The notes under the pieces were generated by a model that saw only the letters and a list, made by a program, of their open reading frames with translations, searched no databases and was not told the DNA's origin. A stretch of 64,000 nucleotides of DNA, taken from an uncultured Planctomycetota bacterium. GTDB taxonomy: Bacteria; Planctomycetota; PLA2; JAEUHO01. A program made the translations under genes and the position numbers. The DNA lies in contig CAVVXN010000005.1 of the NCBI GenBank assembly GCA_963752285.1, forward strand, positions 1,952,001-2,016,000. The letters are read 5' to 3'. Position 1 is the stretch's first letter, and every line of letters starts with the position of its first letter. Positions 20,483-30,748 of this stretch are shown piece after piece.

Positions 20483-21619
20483 GTGTCGCATCTTCTGACC
20501 CTCGCGCTCGTGTTCCTGCTCTTCGTCGCCCTCGCCCCGCTCCACGCCGAGGAGGGCGCGGAGGACGAGGACCCGCTCGCGCTCGTCGAACGCCTCCTCG
20601 AGCGGCCGCCCGCGACCGGGCTCCTCGTGCGGTTCGTCGCGGAGTCGAGCGCCGCCGCGGCGGCCGCGGTCCGGGTCGGCGACACGCTCGTCTCGTACGA
20701 CGGCCTGCCGGCCACGACGATCCAAACGGTCGCCGAGGCGAAGGCCAAGGCCTCCGCCGCCGGAAAGGAGTCCGTGACGGTGGTCCTCGCGGGTCCCACC
20801 GGGACACGGCGCGAGGTCACCGTCGCGACCGGCAGCCTGGGGGTCGGCCTGATCCCCGTCGAGGCCGGGAAGCCCGCCTCCGCGCTGCCTCCCGCGACCG
20901 AGAAGGACCTGCCCGCCGCGGCCTTCCCGCCCCCGCCGCGGGACGATTGGTACGCGTTCCTCCACGGACAGGACCAGTGGGGGTTCGAGCACGGGCTCGT
21001 GAAGCTCGACGGTGACGCGCTCGTCGTGCGCCGCGAGGTGGCCTTCGACGGCGGGGCCGAGTGGGGTCTCAACCACTTCGACGTCACGATCCGCGTCTCG
21101 CGGGAGCACCCCCTCGACGTCCGTTCCCTCGTCTTCGACACGCCGCGCACCGCGTGGACCGCGCGGGGCGAGATGAGGCGGGGGCCGGAAGGCGGACGGA
21201 CCTGGCACGTCGCGGCGCACGGACCCGACGGAGCCGACGCCGAGGAGCACGACACCCGCGTGCCCGACGCGCTCCCGCTGATCCCCACCTACTACGTCGA
21301 GGTCCTCGCCTCCGCGATGCCCCGGAGGAAGGGCGCCTGCCTCCATTTCCGCCCCCTGGTGGACATGAACGGGACCTTGATGCTGCGGGAGGCCCTCTAC
21401 GTGGTCGGCCCGGAGGAGGTTCTGGTCGGCGGGAAGCCCGTCGCAGCGTGGCGCGTCGAGGACCGGCGCCTCGGCGGCGAACTCGGCTCGACCTTCTGGG
21501 TGGCGGAGGACGGCCAGGTCGTGCGCGCCGACTACGGCGGCCCCGTCGCGTCGCTCACCACGAAGGCGAAGGCGATCGAGCACCTCCATCCCGACCTTCG
21601 CCCCCGTTCGGCCGACTGA
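20483..21619 (+). CDS. exported hypothetical protein with a PDZ-like N-terminal segment
   Basis: signal peptide; SAAAAAAVRVGDTLVSYDG resembles a PDZ motif. Confidence 0.6.
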   Translation: MSHLLTLALVFLLFVALAPLHAEEGAEDEDPLALVERLLERPPATGLLVRFVAESSAAAAAAVRVGDTLVSYDGLPATTIQTVAEAKAKASAAGKESVTVVLAGPTGTRREVTVATGSLGVGLIPVEAGKPASALPPATEKDLPAAAFPPPPRDDWYAFLHGQDQWGFEHGLVKLDGDALVVRREVAFDGGAEWGLNHFDVTIRVSREHPLDVRSLVFDTPRTAWTARGEMRRGPEGGRTWHVAAHGPDGADAEEHDTRVPDALPLIPTYYVEVLASAMPRRKGACLHFRPLVDMNGTLMLREALYVVGPEEVLVGGKPVAAWRVEDRRLGGELGSTFWVAEDGQVVRADYGGPVASLTTKAKAIEHLHPDLRPRSAD

Positions 21620-21718
21620 AGCGCGAAACCTCCGCGCCCGCGCTGGCCCCCGCCGGCCAGGTCCCTACCCTCGACGGATCGACGCCCCTCGCGCGGCGTC
21701 GCGACGAACGGGGTCCAC

Positions 21719-22882
21719 GTGGCACGGGCGAAGACCATCGCGGTCCTGACGGGCGGCGGCGACGTCCCGGGGCTCAACCCCTGCATCAAGACGATCACCG
21801 CCCGCGCGGTGGACGAGGGCATCCGGGTCCTCGGGATCCGGCGGGGCTGGGCGGGACTCCTCGAGCTCGACCCGGACGGCCTCGGGAACCGCGACGCGTG
21901 CGTCGTCGGGCTCGACAAGAAGAACACGCGTACGATCGACCGGACCGGCGGCACCTTCCTCCACACCTCGCGCACGAACCCCTCGCGCGTGAAGGGCGCC
22001 CGCGCCCCCGCGTTCCTCCGGGACCGCGCGCCCGATCCCGACGCGACGTACGACTTCACCGACTCCGTCCTCCGCGGGCTCGAGGCCCTTGGCGTGGACG
22101 TGCTGGTGCCCATCGGGGGCGACGACACCCTCTCGTTCGGCGAGCGGCTCCACCGCGAAGGGTTTCCCGTGGTGGCCGTGCCGAAGACGATGGACAACGA
22201 CGTCTTCGGCACGGACTACTGCATCGGCTTCTCGACGGCCGTGACCCGGAGCGTCGAGTTCATCCACCAGCTGAGGACCTCGGCGGGGTCGCACGAGCGG
22301 ATCGCGGTCGTCGAGCTGTTCGGCCGCTACTGCGGCGAGACCTGTCTCGTGTCCGGGTACCTCGCGGGCGTGGACCGCGCGGTGATCTCGGAGGTGCCGT
22401 TCGACGTCGAGCGCCTGGCGACGCTCGTGATGGAGGACAAGCGCGCGAACCCGAGCAACTACGCGATGGTCGCGATCTCGGAGGGCGCGCGGCCGACCGG
22501 GGGACAGATGTCGCTCCGGGGCGAGGCCGACGACTACGGCCACCGCAAGCTCGGCGGGATCGGCATGGAGACCGGCGAGGCCTTGAAGCGCCTGACGGGC
22601 GAGCACGTGATCTTCCAGCCGCTGTCCTACCTGATGCGGTCGGGCGCGCCCGACTCCCTCGACCTCATGGTGGCGGTGAACTACGCGAACCTCGCGGTCG
22701 CGCTCGTGGCGCGCGAGAGCTACGGCCGCCTCGTGGCCCTCGACGACGGACGGTACGGCGACGTGCCGCTCGAGACGATCTCGTCCGGGAAGAAGCGCGT
22801 GGACGTCGAGGAGCTGTACGACCCGGACGAGTACCGGCCGAAGGTCCGCCACGTGCCGGGAAAGCCGATGTTCCTGTACTGA
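21719..22882 (+). CDS. 6-phosphofructokinase, probably PPi-dependent
   Basis: [30 protein letters not shown]. Confidence 0.9.
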   Translation: MARAKTIAVLTGGGDVPGLNPCIKTITARAVDEGIRVLGIRRGWAGLLELDPDGLGNRDACVVGLDKKNTRTIDRTGGTFLHTSRTNPSRVKGARAPAFLRDRAPDPDATYDFTDSVLRGLEALGVDVLVPIGGDDTLSFGERLHREGFPVVAVPKTMDNDVFGTDYCIGFSTAVTRSVEFIHQLRTSAGSHERIAVVELFGRYCGETCLVSGYLAGVDRAVISEVPFDVERLATLVMEDKRANPSNYAMVAISEGARPTGGQMSLRGEADDYGHRKLGGIGMETGEALKRLTGEHVIFQPLSYLMRSGAPDSLDLMVAVNYANLAVALVARESYGRLVALDDGRYGDVPLETISSGKKRVDVEELYDPDEYRPKVRHVPGKPMFLY

Positions 22883-23000
22883 CCGCCGCGGCGCGTTCGT
22901 CGTACGCGCGCGACGAGCACCGCGAATGTCCTCCCGCCCGCGGCGCACGGCGGGTTGAATGCGATGTACGCCGCGTGGCGCGCGGCGGCAGGAGGTCGTC

Positions 23001-24323
23001 ATGGCGCGGCGAACGAAGGTCGTCATCCTCGGGGCGGGCGGCCGGGACTTCCAGGTCTTCAACACGATCTACCGGAACGACCCCGCGACGGAGGTCGTGG
23101 CGTTCACCGCCGCGCAGATCCCCCACATCGACCACCGGACGTACCCGAGCGAGCTCGCGGGGCCGCTCTACCCGAAGGGCATCGAGATCGTCCCGGAGGC
23201 CGACCTCGAGGCTCTGATCCGCGACCGGGGCGTCGAGAAGGCGATCTTCGCGTACAGCGACGTGACGTACGCGTACGTGGACGCGATGGCAGAGCGCGTG
23301 AAGAAGGCCGGCGCGACCCTCGAACCCTTCGACCCGGCGCGCACCATGATCCACGGGGAGAAGCCGTGCGTGGCCGTCTGCGCGGTCCGGACGGGCTGCG
23401 GCAAGAGCGCCCTCTCACGCTACGTCATGGAGATCCTGGCCGGGATGGGCCACCATCCGGCCGCGCTCCGGCACCCCATGCCGTATGGCGACCTCGCGAA
23501 GCAGGCCGTGCAGCGGTTCGCCCGGCTCGAGGACCTGGCCACGGAGCACTGCACGATCGAGGAGATGGAGGAGTACGAGCCCCACATCCGGGCGGGGAAC
23601 GTCGTGTTCGCCGGCGCGGACTACGCCGCGATCCTCGCCGCCGCCGAGAAGGAGGCCGACGTGATCGTCTGGGACGGCGGCAACAACGACACGCCGTTCG
23701 TCGAGCCGGACCTGATGATCACGGTTCTCGACCCGCTCCGCGCGGGCGACGAGCTCCGCTACTTCCCGGCGCGGTGGAACCTGGAGCACGCCGACGTCCT
23801 CGTGATCGGCAAGCACGACGAGGCCACCCCGGAGGGGCTCGCGACGCTTCGCGAGAGCATTCGGACGCACAACCCGAAGGCTGTCGTCGTGGAGGGGCGA
23901 AACCCGATCACGCTCGCCGACGCGGCGGCCGTCACGGGCAAGCGCGTGCTCGTCGTGGAGGACGGCCCTACGACCACGCACGGCGGCATGGGCTACGGCG
24001 CGGGCTGGCTGGCGGCCAAACGGGCGCGCGCCGCAGAGATCGTGGACCCGCGGCCGTACGTGAGCGGCGAGATCGCCGACGCGTTCCGGAAGTACCCGCA
24101 CGTCCGCGAGGTGCTCCCGGCCCTCGGATACGGCGACGCCCAGCTCCACGACCTCGCGGCGACGATCGAGCGCGTGCCGTGCGACGTCGTCGTGATCGGG
24201 ACGCCCATCGACCTGTCGCGCGTGCTCCGGATCTCGAAGCCGTGGGTCCGCGTGACCTACACGTTCGAGGAGACCGGCGGGACCCGCCTCGCCGACCTGC
24301 TGCGCGCGCGGTTCCCCGTCTGA
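23001..24323 (+). CDS. COG2403 P-loop enzyme (cyclic 2,3-diphosphoglycerate synthetase-like / predicted GTPase)
   Basis: GAGGRDFQVFN, AVRTGCGKS, RHPMPYG, EEMEEYE, WDGGNND, VEDGPTTTHGGM; GGAGG RBS. Confidence 0.82.
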   Translation: MARRTKVVILGAGGRDFQVFNTIYRNDPATEVVAFTAAQIPHIDHRTYPSELAGPLYPKGIEIVPEADLEALIRDRGVEKAIFAYSDVTYAYVDAMAERVKKAGATLEPFDPARTMIHGEKPCVAVCAVRTGCGKSALSRYVMEILAGMGHHPAALRHPMPYGDLAKQAVQRFARLEDLATEHCTIEEMEEYEPHIRAGNVVFAGADYAAILAAAEKEADVIVWDGGNNDTPFVEPDLMITVLDPLRAGDELRYFPARWNLEHADVLVIGKHDEATPEGLATLRESIRTHNPKAVVVEGRNPITLADAAAVTGKRVLVVEDGPTTTHGGMGYGAGWLAAKRARAAEIVDPRPYVSGEIADAFRKYPHVREVLPALGYGDAQLHDLAATIERVPCDVVVIGTPIDLSRVLRISKPWVRVTYTFEETGGTRLADLLRARFPV

Positions 24324-24385
24324 CCGGGGCCCGTCGCACCGCCAGGCCCGCGGGGTAGAGTTGCCCCGCACGAGGAGGGTCATCG

Positions 24386-26644
24386 ATGGGCGAGGGCGGC
24401 GGGCGCTCGCTGGGCGTGCTTACGAGCGGCGGCGACGCGCCCGGTATGAACGCCGCGGTGCGCGCGGTCGTGCGGACGGCCCTGGACCGCGGCGTCCCCG
24501 TCTGGGGCATCCGCGAGGGCTACCAGGGCCTCGTCCGGGGCGGCGACCAGATCCAGCCGCTCGGGTGGGACGACGTCGGCGGGATCCTCCAGCGCGGCGG
24601 AACCGAGATCGGCAGCGCGCGTAGCGAGGCGTTCCGCACGCCCGACGGGCGCCGGGAGGCGGTGGCGCACCTCATCGAGCGCGACATCGAAGCGCTCGTG
24701 GTGATCGGCGGGGACGGCAGCCTCACCGGCGCCGACCTCCTGCGCCGCGAGTGGTCGGAGCACCTCGCGGCGCTCGTCGCCGCGGGCCGGGTCCCCGCCG
24801 CGAGGGCGGAGCGGCACGAGCGCCTGACGATCGTGGGTCTGGTCGGGTCGATCGACAACGACATGGCCGGGACCGACGTGACGATCGGCGCGGACACGGC
24901 CCTCCACCGCATCACGGAGGCCATCGACGCGATCTCGAGCACGGCCGCGAGCCACCAGCGGACGTTCCTGGTCGAGGTGATGGGCCGGCGGTGCGGCTAC
25001 CTGGCGCTCATGAGCGCGCTCGCGACGGCCGCCGACTGGGTGTTGATCCCCGAGAGCCCGCCCGACGTCGAGGACTGGAAGGAGACGATGTGCCAGCGCC
25101 TCCTCGCGGGGCGCGCGGCGGGCCGGCGCGCGAGCATCGTGGTCGTGGCGGAGGGCGCGATCGACCGCGACGGGAAGCCGATCCCGGTACGCGAGGTGGT
25201 GGAGGCGCTGGAAGAGCGGCTCGGCCAGGAGGTCCGGGTCACCACCCTCGGCCACGTGCAGCGGGGCGGGAGGCCCACCGCGTTCGACCGCAACATGAGC
25301 ACGTTCCTCGGTCACGCGGCGGCCGAGGAGGCGCTCGACGAGTCGATCCGGGGCCAGGCCCGGATGATCGGGCTCGCCGAGAACCGGATCGTGAGGCGCC
25401 CGCTCCTCGAGTGCGTGCGGGAGACCCAGGCGGTGGCCGAGGCGATCGAGGCGCGCGCGTACGAGAAGGTCCTCGCGCTCCGCGGCGCGGGCTTCGCGGA
25501 CGCGTTCCGGACGTTGCGGACCCTGGCCCGCGCCCTCCCCCACGCGCCCCCGGCGGGACGACGGCGCCTCCGGATCGCGGTCCTCTGCGCGGGCGCGCCC
25601 GCGCCGGGCATGAACATGGCGGTGCGTGTGGCCGTGCGCCTCGGCCTGGACCGGGGGCACGTGATGTTCGGCGTGCGCCACGGCTTCGAGGGGCTGGTCG
25701 GGGGCCAGGTGCTCCCCCTCGACTGGATGAGCGTGAACGGATGGGCGTCCCGCGGCGGGGCCGAGCTCGGGACGAGCCGCCATGTGCCCCGCGGTCGCGA
25801 CCACTACGCGATCGCGCGCACGCTCGAGGCGAACGGCATCGACGGGCTCCTCGTGATCGGGGGCTACGAGGGCTACGAGTCGGCGCACGGCCTGCTCGAG
25901 CTGCGCGAGACCTTCCCGGCGTTCGACGTGCCGATCGCGTGCGTGCCGGCGAGCATCGACAACAACCTGCCGGGCTCCGAGATCAGCGTGGGCTCCGACA
26001 CGGCGCTCAACACGGTGGTCCGCGCGGTGGACGCGATCAAGCAGTACGCGGGCGCCACGCGGCGCGTGTTCGTGGTCGAGGTGATGGGCGCGCGATGCGG
26101 CTACCTCGCGTTCATGAGCGGGGTGGCGACCGGCGCGGAGCGCGTGTACCTGCCGGAAGAGGGCGTGACGCTCAAGGACATGGAGGCGGACCTCGCCGAC
26201 CTCGTGGAGGGATTCCACCGCGGGAAACGCCTGGGCGTCGTGATCCGGAACGAGCGCGCGAACGCCGTCTACGACACCGGGTTCATGACCGCGCTCTTCG
26301 AGGAGGAGGGCGGCAACCTCTTCCAGGTCCGAAGCTCGATCCTCGGCCACATGCAGCAGGGTGGCGACCCGACCCCGTTCGACCGGAACCTCGCGACGCG
26401 CCTCACGGGCCGTGCGATCGGGCGCCTGGACGAGGCGGGGCTCGCGGGACGAAGCGACGCGGTGTTCGTGGGCGTCGAGCGCGCGCGGATCGGCTTCCGA
26501 GAGCTCGCCGACCTCCCCCGGCTGCTCGACCCCGAGAACCGCCGGCCCTGGGAGCAGTGGTGGCTCGCGCTCCGCCCCCTCGTGCGCGTGATGTCGCAGC
26601 CCGGCCCCCGCGCCTCCCCGACCGCCCCCCCGCCCGCGGGGTAG
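24386..26644 (+). CDS. pfkA: ATP-dependent 6-phosphofructokinase, tandem-domain (eukaryote-type)
   Basis: N half TSGGDAPGMN, GGDGS, GSIDND, EVMGRRCG; C half GAPAPGMN, ASIDNN, EVMGARCG, LGHMQQGG. Confidence 0.93.
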   Translation: MGEGGGRSLGVLTSGGDAPGMNAAVRAVVRTALDRGVPVWGIREGYQGLVRGGDQIQPLGWDDVGGILQRGGTEIGSARSEAFRTPDGRREAVAHLIERDIEALVVIGGDGSLTGADLLRREWSEHLAALVAAGRVPAARAERHERLTIVGLVGSIDNDMAGTDVTIGADTALHRITEAIDAISSTAASHQRTFLVEVMGRRCGYLALMSALATAADWVLIPESPPDVEDWKETMCQRLLAGRAAGRRASIVVVAEGAIDRDGKPIPVREVVEALEERLGQEVRVTTLGHVQRGGRPTAFDRNMSTFLGHAAAEEALDESIRGQARMIGLAENRIVRRPLLECVRETQAVAEAIEARAYEKVLALRGAGFADAFRTLRTLARALPHAPPAGRRRLRIAVLCAGAPAPGMNMAVRVAVRLGLDRGHVMFGVRHGFEGLVGGQVLPLDWMSVNGWASRGGAELGTSRHVPRGRDHYAIARTLEANGIDGLLVIGGYEGYESAHGLLELRETFPAFDVPIACVPASIDNNLPGSEISVGSDTALNTVVRAVDAIKQYAGATRRVFVVEVMGARCGYLAFMSGVATGAERVYLPEEGVTLKDMEADLADLVEGFHRGKRLGVVIRNERANAVYDTGFMTALFEEEGGNLFQVRSSILGHMQQGGDPTPFDRNLATRLTGRAIGRLDEAGLAGRSDAVFVGVERARIGFRELADLPRLLDPENRRPWEQWWLALRPLVRVMSQPGPRASPTAPPPAG

Positions 26645-26697
26645 AGGATCCGCTCCGGGGCGCTCGATCGAAACCCCCGTCTTTTGAGGAGCGAGCC

Positions 26698-27648
26698 ATG
26701 CCGGCGAAGAAGGTGATCGCGGTGGTGGGCGCCACGGGCGCGCAGGGGAGCGGACTCGTCCGCGCGATCTTGGAGGACCCGTCGGGTCCGTTCACCGTGC
26801 GCGCGCTGACGCGCGACCCCGCGTCGGAGAAGGCGAAGGTCTACGCGGCCCGCGGCGCGGAGGTCGTGAAGGCCGACGTGGACGACGAGGCGAGCCTCGC
26901 GCGGGCGTTCGCGGGCGCGTACGGCGCGTACTGCGTCACCTTCTTCTGGGCGCACTTCTCGCCCGAGCAGGAACGCGCCCAGGCGAGGGCCATGGCGCGC
27001 GCGGCGAAGCAGGCGGGCGTCCAGCACGTCGTGTGGTCCACGCTCGAGGACACGCGGCGCTTCGTCGGCCTCGACGACGACCGGATGCCCACGCTGATGG
27101 GCACGTACAAGGTCCCCCACTTCGACGCGAAGGGCGAGGCCGACCAGGAGTTTCGCGACGCGGGCGTCCCGACGACGTTCCTCCTGACCTCGTTCTACTG
27201 GGACAACCTGATCCACTTCGGGATGGGTCCGAAGAAGGGTCCGGACGGGCAGCTCTCCTTCGCGCTGCCGATGGGCGCGGCGCGCCTCCCGGGGATCGCC
27301 GCCGAGGACATCGGCCGGACGGCGTACGGGATCTTCCGGCGAGGCCCCGAGACGATCGGCCAGACGATCGGCATCAGCGGCGAGTGCCTGACCGGGGCGC
27401 AGATGGCCGCCGCGCTCTCGAAAGCGCTCGGCCAACCGGTCCGCTACGACGCGATCGAGCCCGACGTCTACCGGCGCCTCGGCTTCCCCGGCGCCGAGGA
27501 CCTCGGCAACATGTTCCAGTTCAAGCGCGACTTCGAGGCCGAGTTCTGCGGCGCGCGAGATCCCGCGACCGCGCGGTCGCTGAATCCGAAGCTCCAGTCG
27601 TTCTCGGACTGGCTGGCCCGGCACGAGGACGAGATCCCCCTCGTCTAG
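26698..27648 (+). CDS. NmrA/HSCARG family NAD(P)-binding protein
   Basis: VVGATGAQGSG, VRALTRDP, VPHFDAK; GAGGAG RBS. Confidence 0.92.
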   Translation: MPAKKVIAVVGATGAQGSGLVRAILEDPSGPFTVRALTRDPASEKAKVYAARGAEVVKADVDDEASLARAFAGAYGAYCVTFFWAHFSPEQERAQARAMARAAKQAGVQHVVWSTLEDTRRFVGLDDDRMPTLMGTYKVPHFDAKGEADQEFRDAGVPTTFLLTSFYWDNLIHFGMGPKKGPDGQLSFALPMGAARLPGIAAEDIGRTAYGIFRRGPETIGQTIGISGECLTGAQMAAALSKALGQPVRYDAIEPDVYRRLGFPGAEDLGNMFQFKRDFEAEFCGARDPATARSLNPKLQSFSDWLARHEDEIPLV

Positions 27649-27711
27649 CCCGGCCCTTGCGCGGACGGCCCTCCGGGAGGAGGATCGAGAAGCCGACCCG
27701 CGGGAGAGATC

Positions 27712-29730
27712 ATGGGCACCTCTCGACGCCGTCCCCCCGAGGGGGACCGGCGGTGCGGGTCCTCGCGCGAACGCGCCCGCTTCGCCGAGACGCTCCGCCT
27801 GAACGCCGCGACGTCGCTCTTCCTCGGCGCGCTCGCCTGCCTGGTCGGCTGCGGCGGAGGCCAGGACGCGGGACCGGGTGCGGCGGCCGGAATCGAGCTA
27901 CCGGTCGTTGGGACGCTCGGCCACGCGCCGTCCGGACCCGACACGATCGAGGTGGGGATCGACCGCGACGGCCGCATCTCGCTCGGAGGTCTCGGACCGC
28001 TCGACCTCGTGTCGCTCCAGAAGGAGCTCGCGGCGCGGACCCCGTACCCCGGTGCGCGCGCGCTCGACGGCACCAGCAAGAAGCGCCTCCTCATCCGCGC
28101 GGACGCCGCGGTGCCGTGGATCGTGCCGTGCTGGGTGACGATGGCGGCGGCGGACCCGCGTGTTGAGATCTACCAGGTCTTCCTCGCCGCGCGGGCGCGG
28201 GGGGACGGCGCCCTGGGCGCGATCGGATGGCGGCTCCCCGTCGATCGGAGCGGCCCTCGCCCCTTCGTGAGGGACGCGGCGCCGAGGATCCTGACCCTCC
28301 GCCTCCGGATGAGCGACGGCGTCGAGAGCGATCCCGCCGCGATCCTCTCCGAGCTCCGACGCGTGGCCGGGGACCGGCCCGTCTCGGAGATCACCCTGGA
28401 GGTCAAGTACCCGCCGCCGCGCGGCGCCACGGTGCCGACGGAGTTCGTCGCCCAGGTCCTCGACCAGGCGCTTCGCGCGGGCGTTCGCCGGGTGACCTTC
28501 GAGGGATCGCCGTTCCCGGGTGGGTACCCCCAGTCCCCGGACGCGTCGCCGTCCCTCGACCCCGCGGACGCGAACGCCCTCCTCACGTACGTACGAAGCC
28601 TCGCCGCGGCCGGCGGGAAGCCGACGATCCGCGTCCGCACGGAGGACCTCGGCGGCGCGTCGCCCGGGGACCGGCTGCCGGACCGAGGACTCCTGCCGGG
28701 GCTCTACGAGGCCGCGGAGGAGAGCGACGTCGTGCTCTTCGAGGAGCCGATCCTCAAGGCCGACGAACCGAGGTCCGAGGCGGTGGACGCCGGGCTCCGG
28801 TGGCTCGCGGCGCACCAGGCGCCGGACGGACGGTGGTCGTCCGCCGGATTCGGGTCGTGGTGCGAGTACCAACCCGTGCCCGAAGGCGAGGGCCCCGACG
28901 GCGCGGCCGCCTCGGCGCACGACGTCCGCGCGACCGGCCTCGCGCTCCTCGCGTTCCTCGGCGCCGGTCACACGAACCGCGGGCGTCATCCGTTCGCCCA
29001 GGTCGTGGCCCGCGGCCTCCGGCACCTCAAGAACCAGATGACCGCGGACGGCTCCTTCGCGGAGACGGACCCGACGACCGCGCTCGCCGACGACGCGACC
29101 GCGACCCTCGCCCTCGTTCGCGCCTACGCCCTGACGGAGAGTCCCATCCACCGAGGCGCCGCGGGGAAGGCCGTCGCCTTCCTCCTCCGGACGCGCGAGG
29201 GCCACGGCGGCTGGACCGCGACCGTCCGGGCCGAGGCGGCCCCGGACGAGGCGCTCGCCTGGATCGCGCTCGCGCTCGTCGCCGCGCGCGACGCGAACGA
29301 CGACGCGACGACGAAGGGCCACGCCGCGGTCTTCCCCGAGGACCTCGCGCTCGCGGACCTCCAGGACGCGCTCGACGCCGCCGCCACCGCCTCGACGGAC
29401 GCGCTCGGCCTGGCCGCGTGGCTCCGGGGCCGGCTCGGCGGAGACGGCGCGAAGGACCCGCGGGCGGTCCAGGCGCAGGAGGCGCTCGCGAGGGACCCGC
29501 TCGCGTGGCCCTTCGGCGCCGCCTCGCTCCCCCGCCTCGTGTCCGAGGGCGGCGGCGCCTTGGAGAGCGCGATCCGCGCGGCGGCGCGGCGCGGCTCGAC
29601 GCCGTGTCTCTACGAGGGCTCCTGGGACCCCGTCGGCCCGTGGGGCCGGGAGCAGGGGCGCGTCGCGACCACGGCCCTCGCGGCGCTCGGCCTGGAGGTC
29701 TTCGCCGGGTACCCCGATGCGCTTCGATGA
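27712..29730 (+). CDS. lipoprotein with an ExbD-like N-terminal domain and a prenyltransferase/squalene oxidase repeat domain
   Basis: LVGC lipobox; IEVGIDRDGRI..LLIRADAAVPW (ExbD-like); GLRWLAAHQAPDGRW and GSWDPVGPWG; start uncertain. Confidence 0.7.
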   Translation: MGTSRRRPPEGDRRCGSSRERARFAETLRLNAATSLFLGALACLVGCGGGQDAGPGAAAGIELPVVGTLGHAPSGPDTIEVGIDRDGRISLGGLGPLDLVSLQKELAARTPYPGARALDGTSKKRLLIRADAAVPWIVPCWVTMAAADPRVEIYQVFLAARARGDGALGAIGWRLPVDRSGPRPFVRDAAPRILTLRLRMSDGVESDPAAILSELRRVAGDRPVSEITLEVKYPPPRGATVPTEFVAQVLDQALRAGVRRVTFEGSPFPGGYPQSPDASPSLDPADANALLTYVRSLAAAGGKPTIRVRTEDLGGASPGDRLPDRGLLPGLYEAAEESDVVLFEEPILKADEPRSEAVDAGLRWLAAHQAPDGRWSSAGFGSWCEYQPVPEGEGPDGAAASAHDVRATGLALLAFLGAGHTNRGRHPFAQVVARGLRHLKNQMTADGSFAETDPTTALADDATATLALVRAYALTESPIHRGAAGKAVAFLLRTREGHGGWTATVRAEAAPDEALAWIALALVAARDANDDATTKGHAAVFPEDLALADLQDALDAAATASTDALGLAAWLRGRLGGDGAKDPRAVQAQEALARDPLAWPFGAASLPRLVSEGGGALESAIRAAARRGSTPCLYEGSWDPVGPWGREQGRVATTALAALGLEVFAGYPDALR

Positions 29731-29789
29731 GTCGCCCCCCGTTCCTCGGGCGCCCGCCCCCACGGCGAGCCCCGAGCGGCCAGTCGCCC

Positions 29790-29997
29790 AATCCCGACCG
29801 ACGGGTCGGTTTTGCCGGACGTCCGGCGCGCCCGGGTCTTTACACGAGCCCCCCGGCACGAGCCCACGCCCCAATCCAGACCCGGGTCGCGATTGCCGAA
29901 CGTTCGGCGCGGCCTCGTCTTCACACAGCGCCTCTCGCGCGCGCCGGGCGGGCAGACCCGATCGCGGCCAGGGTGCAGGATCCGGCCGTGCGGCGCG
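29790..29997. repeat. left copy of an imperfect repeat built from ~81-bp palindrome-containing units
   Basis: palindromes CCGGACGTCCGG (29815-29826) and CCGAACGTTCGG (29896-29907); aligns with 30749-30930. Confidence 0.8.
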
Positions 29998-30051
29998 ACC
30001 GGGCTCGACCGGATGCCGGCCGACGCGTCCGGGCCGGTTCGCTGACGATCG

Positions 30052-30612
30052 TCAAACCGTCGGGCGGTAGCGGAGACGGAGGACGCCGCCGTCGAAGCGG
30101 TGGTGATCGACGAGAGTCAGGTCGAGGCGACGGTCGGGGGGCAGAGCGGGCCTTTGCCCACCGAGGACGATCGGCCAGACGAAGAGGACCAGCTCGTCCA
30201 CCAGTCCGGCAGCGAGGGCCTGGCCGGCCAGGTTCGGTCCACCGACGAGCAGATCCCCGCTCGTGGTCGCTTTCAGGTCGCGCACCGCTCCGGGGTCGAA
30301 GCGGCGTTCGAGGCGGGTCCTTGCGGTGATGGGTGCCGTCGAGGTGGAGGAGAAAACGACCTTGTCCGCCGCCTGCCACGCGGCCGCATAGTCGGCCGCG
30401 TGGTGCGACTGGGCGGCCAGAGAGGGCTCGGTCTCCCAGACCGCCAAGGTCTCGTACATGCGCCGCCCGTAGAGGTAGGTGCCGGCGGAGCGCATGATGT
30501 CGGTGATGGACACGAACACGTCGTCGTCGGGCGGTGCCCAGTCGAAGGCCCCGTCCCGGTCCTCGGTCCAACCATCGAGGGACATGTTCGATGCGTAGAT
30601 CAGCTTCCCCAT
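30052..30612 (-). CDS. dihydrofolate reductase / RibD C-terminal family protein
   Basis: NMSLDG, LYGRRMYE, GGPNLA, GLVDEL..PIVLGG. Confidence 0.92.
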   Translation of the reverse strand: MGKLIYASNMSLDGWTEDRDGAFDWAPPDDDVFVSITDIMRSAGTYLYGRRMYETLAVWETEPSLAAQSHHAADYAAAWQAADKVVFSSTSTAPITARTRLERRFDPGAVRDLKATTSGDLLVGGPNLAGQALAAGLVDELVLFVWPIVLGGQRPALPPDRRLDLTLVDHHRFDGGVLRLRYRPTV

Positions 30613-30748
30613 CCATCGACTCCTTCGACCTCGTGTCCAGCCGCCCGACGGATCCAGCGGGTCCCGCGGCCCTCTCGGGGCCTGGCGTTCCCCGGGAACC
30701 CCGGGAGCGATGCGGACCCGTTGCTGGCTGGACGCAGGTACCTGATCC

